This document shows positions 1 through 11,322 of a DNA stretch of 64,000 nucleotides, in pieces (the stretch's first letter is position 1; the number at the start of each line of letters is the position of its first letter). The position numbers were made by a program, and so were the translations under genes. Location of the stretch: NCBI GenBank assembly GCA_965112735.1, contig OZ218950.1, forward strand, positions 4,216,001 through 4,280,000, written 5' to 3'. Under the pieces are notes generated by a model that saw only the letters and a list, made by a program, of their open reading frames with translations, was not told where the DNA came from and searched no databases. This DNA comes from Phaeosaccion multiseriatum (lineage: Eukaryota; Protista; Ochrophyta, other classes).

Positions 1-1475
1 TCGCGTTCGCTGATCGAAGCAATAGCTCTGTGCTGCGTTAGTCTTATTGGACTGGCGAGGCTTTTTCGAGCTCTTCAATTCGAATTCGACTGCCTCCGAT
101 CGATATACAGGCACCAACGAGACAGACGGGCGAACATCCCTACTGTACTGCTGCCTCTGCATGGCCAATTGCAAGGAGGGAGTCCTTCACCCCTCAGAAG
201 CACTCATCCTCCTGGGGCGGGCCTGGCAAAGCACAAAGCACACTTGCTTGCTTCGGGGTTGTGACAAAACAGCGGTCTCAGTTCGTCTTAATTACGTAAC
301 TTACGTAAGAAAGAGTGGGGAGTGCCTGTGGTCGATGGTGGCAAAAGAGGGGAGGGAAAAACGCCTTTAATTGGAGGAAGGAGGGGGCACGTCACAGCGC
401 AGCATTGATCTTCAGGGAGAGGGCACAGCGGGGATTGTCGGTCGAAGCGCGGTAAACGTCAGTGTCCTGCTGGAGACTCCGTGTGGCACAGGTTAGAAGG
501 AAGAGGCGCGAGGGGGGGGAGTTGGGGGGGGGGGGGGGTGGAAGAACGCGCAGAGGAGAGGGCAGGAGGCGCGCACAGACGGAGAGCCGGATCGCCTGTT
601 AGGTGAGTGTGGGTGATAGAGGTGCGGAGGTCTGGAGAGAAGAGGAGGAAACTGAGAAGAGGTGGAGACGGGGCGGGGAAGGGGAGCAGCAGACTGCAAA
701 TCGGGAGTGAGCTGGAAGCAGCCATCGGAACTGCTTGATGAAGACGGCGAAGCATAGTATGGAGGGGCGGCAAGACTATGGCGGCTGTCGAAAACTGGCG
801 TTGACTTTGGTCGAACTGCCGGCAGCGGTGTCATTCTGCCTTTTCAGCGGAGGAGTGGCTGGATGGCAGAGAGAGAGAGAGAGAGAGAGAGGACTGAGGC
901 CTTTGTTTCGTTGCTTGTCTCTGCTGGGGGCTTCGTACTCGCGTTTCTGCCTTCCGCGCTGGATTCCCATTCGTGTGGTATGGTGGGGAAGCACTTGACC
1001 TGTTGCACCTCCCTCCCATCCTTGTCAGTCCTCACCCTCTTTGCCGTATCACCTTGGGGTAGTTACGATGAATGCGTAGCTCCTGCCAAACAGTCTTACG
1101 CCGAGTGCGCCGGCAGGCCACAAAGGCGGAGAGCTTTTGATTTGTTCCGTAGATGCCCAGCGTTGAGGTCCACGTTGGGGTGTGGCAGGGAGGGTGGGAA
1201 GGACTGTTGCCCCTATAGGTTTGGGGCAAGACATGCAGAGCAGCTGTCGCGGACGTGGGAGAGTGCACAAGCGCGTCTCTTACGCTGGAGTCGGTGTGTT
1301 GCCCCCCCCAACACACACCTGCCAGTTTGCCTCCCGGTCTAAGCTTGACACCCTGACGAATCGACCCCCCCCCCAAACCCCCAAATCTACCGTCTCATAA
1401 TCCGATTGCGAGCAGGTGCCAAGCTTGCGTGCGTGCGCGCGTGCGTGCGTGGGCGTTGGACACCACTGAGTCGCC

Positions 1476-4469
1476 ATGGAGCTCCGAGTGGGCAAGAAGT
1501 ATCGGCTGGGCCGCAAGATTGGCTCCGGCTCGTTCGGCGACATTTACCTCGGTACCAACATGACCACGGGGGAAGAGGTGGCCATTAAGCTGGAGAGCAC
1601 AAAGACCAAGCACCCACAGCTGCTCTACGAGTCCAAGATCTACCGCATCCTGCACGGAGGACGTAAGTTGGACACACACACGCAGCGTCGTAGTTGTGCA
1701 TGTGTGTCTGGGGTGTGTGTGTGTGTGTGTGTGTGTCTGGGGTGTGTGTGTGTGTGTTTGCACGCCCCCGAGTACATGACACACCGGCGATGGGATGCCC
1801 GCCCTCCTTCGGCAGGATTTGTCATTTGTCACTCGTCCGTTCACTCCGGCCTCCTTGTGTTCGTGCATATGTGCCTTTCTTGCATTTCGTTCTCAATCTT
1901 CCCCGCCCCGCCGCTCCCACCCCACCCACTCGATGAATGCAAACAGTTGGTATTCCCACTGTGCGCTGGTACGGTGTGGAGGGAGACTACAACGTCATGG
2001 TCCTGGACCTGCTGGGCCCCTCGCTCGAGGACCTCTTCAACTACTGCGGCCGCCGATTCAACCTCAAGACAGGTGCGTGCGTGGGTGGGTGCGTGCGTGC
2101 GTAATGCTCTGCTCCGTGCAAAAGGAATGGGCCTACCTCCTTCCCTTCTTCCATACATTACTCACTCAGGCGGACGCGACAGTGTGTTGAGCCCCTCCCA
2201 CCCCCTCTATGAGGTGCAGTTGCCTTCGCTGGCAAAACTGCAAGCACCAAACCACCGCCTTACTGACGGACGACTCTTGGCATGATCTGGCCTATCTTCT
2301 CTCTTCCTCTCTCTCTGTCTGTCTGTCTGTCTGTCTCTGTCTCTGTCTCTGTCTGTCTCTCTCTCTCTCCCTTGCCCTGCTCTGCCCTGCGCTGCCCCTC
2401 AGTGCTGATGTTGGCGGACCAGCTGCTCTCTCGCCTGGAGTACGTGCACACCAAGTCGTTCATTCACAGGTGCGTTTTTATGCGTTTGAGTGTCCAAATC
2501 AAGGCGCCCTCTGGTGCCCCGCACACATGAGGTAACCTTAAGGGATCTGGCACCAGCTATTGCCACAACGGGGCTGGCACCACGCTGCGCTCTGCCGAGG
2601 GGAGCGGCGTTTCATTTTAAGCTCACACAAGACTGACTCACTGTGCGCTGCATGCAGAGTGGGGTTGCTTTCCTCCGAGAATCCCTCCCTTCTCTGTCTC
2701 TCTCTAGGGGGCCTGCACGACTGCACACGCCCATTTGCGCGTGTGCCGCGTTTCAGAACTCTGCTGTGTTATCGATACTTCCGCTCCTCGTGTGCGCGTG
2801 GGCAATCAATCACTCACTCACCCTCCTCCTCATGCCCGTCGCACCCACCCCTTCGCAACGCTCAACAGAGATGTAAAGCCCGACAATTTCCTCATCGGAC
2901 TGGGCAAGCGCCAGAACATCATCCATATCATCGACTTTGGTGCGTGTGCTAGTGGTGGGGCCAAGTGTTAGAAGTGAATGCGTCCACACATTTGGAGACG
3001 GTTTGTGATGGCTGGGCCTCATTGGACATACGTAGTATGTATTTGGGCGTTTTTTTGTCTCTCTTCTCAGTTCTCTCGCTCTCTCGCTCTCTCTCCCTGT
3101 CTCGCCCTCTCTCGCCCTCTCCCTCTGTGTGTGTCCTTTGTCTTTCTTCTCTGTCGCCATGCCCTCAGGCCTCGCCAAGAAGTACCGGGACCCTCGTACG
3201 CACCAGCACATCCCCTACCGTGACAACAAGAACCTCACCGGCACGGCGCGGTACGCGAGCATCAACACGCACATCGGCATCGAACAGAGCCGTAGGGACG
3301 ACCTCGAGTCGCTGGGCTACGTCCTCATGTACTTCATCAAGGGCAGTCTGCCGTGGCAAGGCCTCAAGGCCAACACCAAGAAGCAGGTCAGTCGTCGCTT
3401 ATCCAGTCAGCAGATGAGTGGGGCTGTAGCAGCTCTGTACACACACTCCAAAGCCGGTGTCCGGATGATGCTCATATCCGGGTCGGATGGGCTCTTTCTT
3501 TGTTATGCTTCTTCTTTTTGCTGTTGGAAAGACGTGTGTAGAAGGAAGAGTTTACTGAGCCCAATTTTGCCTAGGGGGGGAGTGTGTTTGTTGTTATTGT
3601 GTATGTTGGGCCATCGCGTGCTTGGCCACACGCCCCGCCCCGCTCTCCTAACCTCCCGACGTCCCGCACCCTTCTGTTTCGTGTACCCCCTCGCTCGTGG
3701 CATTGCATTGCATTGCATTGCATTCATTCACGTTTTGTCTCTCTGTAACTTCGGTGCCGTTCGTTTGCCCCTCTGAAAACAGAAATACGAGCGTATCATG
3801 GACCGCAAGATGAGCACGTCCACAGAGATGCTGTGCAAGGGCTACCCCAGCGAGTTCAGGAGCTACTTTGAGTACTGCAGAAGTTTGCGCTTCGAGGACA
3901 GGCCGGACTACGCCTACCTCAAGCGCCTCTTCAAGGAGCTCTTCTACCGCAAAGGCTTCCAGTACGACAACATGTTCGACTGGACGGTGCTCAACCTGCA
4001 GAACGAGCGAGGGAGGTCCTCGGGCCCCGAGAAGCAGGACATCCCCCGGCGCGTGGAGGGGGGCCGTACAGCGGAGGGGGGAGAGGGCGTCGAGCGGTCG
4101 GAGAGGGAGCGGCGCTCCAGGGGGGAGGAGCGAGGGGGCACGGGAGGGGGTGTTGCGGGAGGGGGCGGCGGTGTTGTGGACGAGAGGAAGGCCTCGGCAT
4201 CGGGTGTGGCGCCTAATCGCTCGAGCAGAGTGCCGAGGGGAAGCGGCGGAGGCAGTCTACGCCAAAGCAACGATGCCAGGGTGTCCTCCAATGATCCGAT
4301 GGGCAGGGGGTCGGCGGTACCCGGGGGAGTGCCTGCTGCGGCTGCACAGGGGGCGAGCGGACTCGGAGGAGCCTCGGGTGGTGTGCCGAGGAGTAAGGGG
4401 TATTCGGGGTCGGGATCAGGCTCTGGCAGGAACAAAGTGAGCCGGAGCGGAGGAAGGAGGGAGGGTTGA
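1476..4469 (+). CDS. CK1: Casein kinase I (CK1 delta/epsilon-like), 6 exons: ~1476-1662, 1947-2072, 2403-2469, 2869-2939, 3169-3386, 3783-4469
   Basis: Motifs [77 protein letters not shown] introns join in phase. Low-complexity G/S/R-rich C-terminal tail. Confidence 0.97.
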
Positions 4470-6114
4470 GGGGCTGAGGGTTGAAAGACAGGGGACAAGT
4501 CAAGAGAGGATCTTTTTCTTTCCCTTTTTCTTCTTCCTTCTTCTCCCTTCTTTTCTTTGTCTGGAAGTCCTCTCACAAGGGAGGCGAAAGAATGAGAGAG
4601 ACATGGACACGAGCAAAAGGAGGGAGACAGGGCGGGGAGGGGAGGGGAGGAGGAGGAGGAGAAGATACCAGCAGCCAAGTTTGTCACTGGAGGCTGCCTA
4701 TCCATGCGGTTGCAATGCAGAGTGGACATACGTGGAGGGCCTTCCACCCCCTTCTTTGTTATATTTTGGTTGGCAACTGGGTACTTTCGACGACGAAACT
4801 TGACTGGTTCGAGAACAGGCTTTTGCTTCTCGGCAGCGGTGCTGGCCAACATGTGATCAAAATGGAGCTTGCATGGGATGGGGATGGGGGGGTGACGTTT
4901 CTTTTTGCCTGGCTACGGAATAGTGAGCTGAGACTTGCGCGGAGGAGAAAAGGGGAAGAGGACTACCTGTTGCGGAGGACAAGGAAATGCCAATTGCAGC
5001 ATGAGCAGCTCATAAACAGGAGCAGCAGTAGCAGCAGCAGCAGTAGCAGCAGCAGGAGCAGCAGCAGTCGGTGTGGGAAAGTGAGCGAATTCCCAGCAGG
5101 AGGAGGGAGAGGGGGGAGGATGGATGTTATGGAGGGGTACGGTTCGGGGCAGGTGAAGCACAAGGAGAGAAGACTGGTGGCTGTTGCCTCGAGGACGGGG
5201 TATGTGAGACGGTAGGCGTTGACGGTTTGGAGCGGGTGGGAGCAGCAGATGAAGCGGATGGCTTGGCTGTTTCTCAATGCGGGGAAAGGTTCGCTGTTTT
5301 CAGCGGGGGCCCGGGGAGTTTGTTGGCGTCACGAGCCATCAGCATCTTTAGCTCTTGATGGGAGCAATTTGGGGAGGGAGGAGGACCAAGGAGGGGAGAC
5401 AAAAGAGGAAGGAGGAGGGTGGGGCTGTGGCTGGCGGTCAGGCTGACACTGTCGCAGGTGCCTTCATCATTCACGATTCACGCTCGCGACACGAGCCATC
5501 AGCACATATAGGAAAGAGAAGCTTTTGATGGGAGCTAAGGGAGGCAGAAAGAGAGAGAGAGAGGCCGAGAAGGGACCCTAACAGAGAGAGAACAGTCTCT
5601 CGAGAGTCGTGTCGCAGCGGCAGATTTGAGTGGGCTGAGGAGAGAGGGGACTGGCGTAGACTCTACTGGACATTAAGCGAGACATCAGCGACAAGCGCCA
5701 TCAACATGTCACGCTTTAGATGGGAGCAAAAACGGGGTTGGTTCAACGAAGAGACGATGAGTACTTGGGAGGGAGAATTGGAGTTGGGTAGGAGTTGGGT
5801 AGCAGCAGCAGCAGCAGCAGTGCAACGGGCAGAGCCTGGAAGGACGTGGACGAGAGGTGTCCGGTGCCAACGGAGGAAGATGCGTGCATCCGAGTCGAAG
5901 CCTCCGATGAATGGAGGGGCCCGTTGCTGAGCTGTGGAGGAAGAAAGTGAGGCAGAGTTGCAGTTTCATCCGGTGTGGCCAGACGGGTGGGCGGGCAGGG
6001 CACCCTGCTGTGTGGGTGAGATGGAGGGAAGGAGCAGCGGCAGACCGGACCAAGGCCGCCAATTGCTGTGAAGGAAGGAGCAGGGAGGGGACGGGGACGG
6101 CGCCCAGTCCCCTC

Positions 6115-6157
<43 letters not shown>

Positions 6158-6776
6158 GGAACTGAATAGGACGCGACTCATGAGATGTGAATTCGTTTCA
6201 CCAGATAATCCTGCAATCAATGAAAATCATGGAGGGGGAGGGGGGCTAACTACAACCCCCCCCCACTCGCCCCGTTCAATCAAATCGTTTCTTTGCAATG
6301 GTCACGTTTCACTCAGACGGAGGGAAGAACGAATCTTGAATCTTGCCTTGCTGCTCCAAAACTGTCTAGACACAAAGGGCCAATTGAACATCATAGGAAG
6401 TGTCGATATTCTTTTTAAAATTTTAACATATGGTGCGGTCATGTGTGTGTGTAATATGTGTGGCTTTTGGCTGCGCTGGCGGGTTGGGGCGTGGGCCTGA
6501 GGAAAGGGAGGGAAGGAAGGCAGCGTTTCGAAACAGCCGATGCCATCCGCTGCCATCGCATCGTGGCGGAGGTCCCATGAGAGGTCCATCGCTCGCGTGC
6601 CCTCTCAAGCGAAGCCAAACCAACCCTCCCCTTGTCGAGTATATTGTCTACGGTTTCCTTCTCTCCACCTTGCCCATCCATCTTCTCTGTCTCCCACCAT
6701 CCTAAAAGCAAACCGTTCAGTTACAGTCCCTCCGTCTCCGACCGTCCTGTCCTGTCCGTCCGAACGTTTCATGTCA

Positions 6777-6914
6777 CATGCCTTGGCAGTACAGTACAAC
6801 CAGAGTCATGTCAATGCTAATAGAAGCTGACCCATCATGCCTTGGCAGTACAGTACAACCAGAGTCATGTATGTCAATGCTAACAGAAGCTGAACGGACC
6901 CATCATGCCTTGGC
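6777..6914. repeat. Tandem ~60-67 bp duplication overlapping the NDUFV1 stop codon and 3' UTR
   Basis: catgccttggcagtacagtacaaccagagtcatg...aatgctaa.agaagctga occurs twice (from 6777 and 6837), and a third catgccttggc starts at 6904. Confidence 0.85.
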
Positions 6915-9515
6915 GGCCTTCTTGGGAGCAGCGAAGGGGTAAGTTTTCCCGTCTCCGTGCTCCTTGGTCCAGTCGCTGTTGGCGAAGCGCTCTCCCGACC
7001 ACTCCTTCTGATGGTAGTGCTCATAGTCGTACAGCTCAGGGTGCTTTAGCCGCTCCTCGATCACGGGTGTGAAACGCTTGATCAAGCCCTGATATGAATG
7101 ATTGATTCGGAGGAGAGAGAGAAAGGGAGGGAGAGAACCGACCGAGGCCGAAGCGCACACAGTACCGAATGGCACAGCAAATTCGAGGCAGAGGGAGACG
7201 ACATTAAGAGAAGACAACAAATAAAAGTAGTACGGTGGGTTAGAAAAGAGCAGGCAGGCAGGCAGCCAGGCAGGAAGACATGCAGGTAGGCAGGTAGGTA
7301 GGCAGACAGGACGGTAGGCAGGCAGGACGGCAAGCAGACACGTACAGTACACATACCTCTAAACATCCATACACCTCTCTACACCCCTCTCTATACTCTT
7401 TACTCTTACCTGGATGGGCCATGCCGCCGCGTCGCCAAGAGCGCAAATCGTGTGCCCCTCGATCATTCTCGACACCTCCTCCAGCATGGGGATCTCCTTC
7501 AAGTCTCCCTCCCCCTTCTCCAGGTTCGTGACGATCTTCTCCATCCAAGGCACGCCCTCTCTGTTGGCAACAAAAGGGGAGGGGCGAGGCGGGGGAGGAG
7601 GAGGAGGAGGAGGAGGAGTAGGAGGAGTGAGGAGGAGGAGGAGGAGGAGAAGGAGGAGGAGGAGGAGGAGGAGGGGGAGGAGGAGGAGGAGGGGGAGGGG
7701 GAGGAGGAGGAGGGGGAGGAGGAGGAGGAGGAGGAGGAGGAGGAGGAGGAGGAGGAGGCGAGGAAGAGGAGGAGAGAGGTCAGAGGGGGCGGGGGAGGCT
7801 TTGTCCACAACAACAACACGTGCACGGAGACAAAGAGAGAGACATAGACCTCGATTGACGTCTCCCAATGAGCTGAGCTGCTGTGATCTGTGACCCTTCC
7901 TTCTGTGTGCAACTCACTCAAGCCCTCACCTGCAGGGGGTACACTGTCCGCACGACTCGTGTGCGTAGAAGTGCGCGAGGCGGCGAATGGCGGCGATCAT
8001 GTCCACTGACTTGTCCATCACTGTCACCGCTGCAGGGCCCAACCCGGCGCCGCGGGCCTGGGGGGGGGGGGGGTTGCACGCACAGCAGTTGGTAGTACAT
8101 CACATCACAGCACAAGCGAAACGAAAGTAAATGGAAGAGAAAAAGGGGGAGGGGCCCATTCTTCTTATGCATTCACATCGCAGGTGATTTCTCTTCCTGA
8201 CGCATCCCATCCCCCTCCTCCCCCTCCCCTCCCTCTCACCTTGAGCCCGTCAAAGTCCATAATGGCTCCGTTGCACTCCTCCTGATTCAGCACCGGCACC
8301 GACGAGCCGCCGGGGATGACCGCTTGAAGATTGTCCCACCCGCCACGCACGCCCCCACAATGCCTCTCCAGCAACTCGCGCATGTCAATACTCATCTCCT
8401 CCTCCACCACACACGGGTTGTTGACATGCCCAGAGATGCCAAACAGCTTGGTACCCGAATTGTTCTTACGCCCCATACCCGCGAACCAACTGGCGCCCCT
8501 GCGCAAGATGGTCGGTGCCACAGCGATGGTCTCAACGTTGGTGACCGTGGTTGGGCATCCAAACAGGCCCACTCCGGCCGGGAAGGGCGGCTTCAAACGA
8601 GGTTTGCCGGGTCGTCCTTCCAGCGATTCGAGCAGTGCCGTCTCCTCCCCGCAGATGTACGCGCCTGCTCCTCTGTGCAAGTACATGTCGAAGTCGTACC
8701 CGGAGCCGCACGCGTTCTTGCCCAGCAGCCCCGACTGTTGGTTGTCAAGTGTTTGTGGTGATTTGTTATCGTGTTTTTGGTGTCAGTTTGTGAGTATATA
8801 CTTTCTTTTGACATGGGTAGTGCATGTGTGTGTGTGTGTGTGTGTGTGTGAGGGAATGGAAGATGCACAAAGCCATTTCAAAGGGCTGCGAGGGCGGAAG
8901 GGACGCGGCATGGAAAGAGCACCGGAGAGAAGAGAAATCGAACCGGACAGACGAGGACCAACAACATCAACAACAGCAACAACAACAAGAAAGCTCTCCT
9001 CTCTCTCTCTGCCTCTCTCCCTCTCCTCACCTTGTATGCCTCGTGAATGGCCTCGTCCAACACGACGGCCTCGTTGAAGTACTCCCCTCTGATGTACACA
9101 TACGCGGCTCGGGCCCGCATGGCATAGCCCGCCAGGATGCACCCCTCCACCAACTGAGAAGAGGCCATGGGGCACAGACGAGAGGAGAGGAGAGGAGAGG
9201 AGAGGAGAGGAGAGGAGAGGAGAGAGAGGCGAGGGGAGAGAAGAGAGAGAGAGAGAGACACCAAGTCAGGAGAGCCCACAAAAAGACTTTGGCGAAAGTG
9301 AAGCACACACTCACTCACTCACTCACTCACTCGCTTCCTCTGTATCACCTACTCGCTTACCTTGTGCGGGTCCTTCCTCATAATCTCCCTGTCCTTGCAA
9401 GTGCCCGGCTCTGATTCGTCGGCGTTGATGACGAGGAAGGAGGGGCGTCCGTCCGTGGCCTTGGGCATGAAGGACCTAAGGCAGGCATATGGGCAGGCAG
9501 GCGGGCATGGAGGGG

Positions 9516-9556
<41 letters not shown>

Positions 9557-10882
9557 AGAGACATTGAGCACTACGGCGGCGTTGTGGTGGTGATCGGGGT
9601 GGGAGGTCCGTCCAACCTTCCCTTCCTTCGTTCCTTCCTCCCTCCCTCCCTCCCTCCCTCGTTCACTCACCACTTGAGCCCCGAGGGAAAGCCTGCCCCC
9701 CCCCGTCCTCTCAGGCCACTGGCCTTCATCTCGTTCACAATCCAGTCGGGACCCATATACATGATCTGAGGAGAGAAGAGAGCGATAGAAAGACAGATAG
9801 ATGGGTGCATTGGTGGGCAGATAAACAGACAGAGAGAGATGGTCAGGGAAGAGGCGGGGAGCAGGGCAGAGGCGGAGAGCGTGCAGTGGAGCCAAGGCAG
9901 TCTACTGCCACAGCACAGTACCCTTGGCTTTGCTTGTTACTTTATCGCAGTCCAAACGAACCACCCCATAAGCACCCCCTCCCCCCCACACACAAGTAAC
10001 AGTGTCTACTTGTGGCGATCACCGTACCTCCTTTGTCATGTGGTAGTCTCCCCTCTTCCGGGCATCCTTGAGTCTCCAGTCCTGCTCGCCGTACAGGTTA
10101 GTGAAGATGCGGTCCTCATCCTTGAGCCCGCCGTACACGCGGGTAAGGGCCGGCTCTGCTGCTGCAGGGGCGGCGGAGGGAGTGGCGCCCTTACTTGAAG
10201 AAACTGCAGCCTTGGCGCTGCTCCTGCGATTTGATGCATAGATTCATATTCAAGTGGGAGGGAGGAGCCATAAGAGAGAGGAGAGCCATGGTGTGGTGAT
10301 GAAGGCCGCATATAACATCGGTCACTCCCCCTTCGCGGTCGGTTCCCTTGGGTAAGAAAGGGTAAGAAAAGCACAGTGACGACAACCTCGCAATGACATG
10401 AATTGCCCGTTCTCCTTCAGTATGCCCACCGCCCCTTTTGTCGCGAATGGAGCACTGAGACGAGCTGGTCACTCTTCCACTCCCTGCTGCTGCTACTGCC
10501 GATAAGCTCTCCAACCTACGTCGGGCAGAGAGAAAGACACACCCCATCTAATAGGACAAGGCCACCACTTCTCTCGCTCCGAGGCTGTTCCGTGGCATTA
10601 GACAAGTTCGAAGCCCGTGCAGCCCAAAGGAGGGAGCCCGAACGGACCCGTGTGATCCTCTGGGTTCGTCCTCCCTTCCCTCTCCCTCGTGTCTGCTCCA
10701 ACCCGCGCTCTCTAACTGACTCGAACATGTCCATCACTCGCTCCTCTTTCCTTTTCCCCTCTTTCCTTTGCCCCCTCATCGCCTGCCAGGACCCACCTAA
10801 AGCTTCTTGCCCCAGCTGAGGCTCCCGACCTCGGTCTAGCAGCCCCTACCAAGAGGCTACTCAGGCCTTTACGCGAGGCCAT
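6903..10882 (-). CDS. NDUFV1: NADH:ubiquinone oxidoreductase 51-kDa flavoprotein subunit, mitochondrial, ~9 exons
   Basis: Transit-peptide-like [19 protein letters not shown], then [66 protein letters not shown], the Fe-S motif [13 protein letters not shown], and [13 protein letters not shown]. Confidence 0.97.
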
Positions 10883-11322
10883 CTTTCTCTTTTCTTTTTT
10901 TTCTCTCTCTGACTTTGCTTGCCCGATTTTTTTTGGCGTACCCCCTGGGTATCGCTTGTTCCTGGGCCCTGAGAATCTCTGGCGCTTGGCCCACCGCTTA
11001 CTCTCTGTATTGTAAAGGTAAGGAGAGCCAGAGGGAGGAAAGTGAGTGGTGCAGACTTCCTTCGCAGAGAGAGGGAGAGAGGGGTGTTGGAAGCTGCCTT
11101 GGCAGCCCTCGGAAGCTGGAGTAATCCTCTTTATTGAGGGCCTGCCTTGGCGCTCCCCCCCTCCCTCGCTCCTCCTCGCCTTCACTGATCTCTCACGCTC
11201 TCAAGTGCTGCTACGGCTTGTAATCGTTTTTGTCTCTTCGCTTCTGCCACTGCTACTGCTGCTGCTGCTGTTTCCCGCTCTGTGTTGTCTCCTTCCCCTC
11301 CAGTTGAGCGTGTCTGTCAGCC

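Noticed and set aside
1-834. Possible minus-strand gene divergent from CK1 (ORF 493-834, and an open frame from ATG 162 running off the window)
   Set aside because: No recognisable domain, low complexity and no splice model I could verify. It may be real but is unsupported here.
4481-6700. ORFs of 70-244 aa between CK1 and NDUFV1
   Set aside because: Dominated by (GCA)n, (GA)n and purine runs with no motifs. More likely UTR or intergenic DNA.
7414-7921. Poly-R, poly-E, poly-L and poly-S ORFs
   Set aside because: Translations of a (GGA)n microsatellite inside an NDUFV1 intron.
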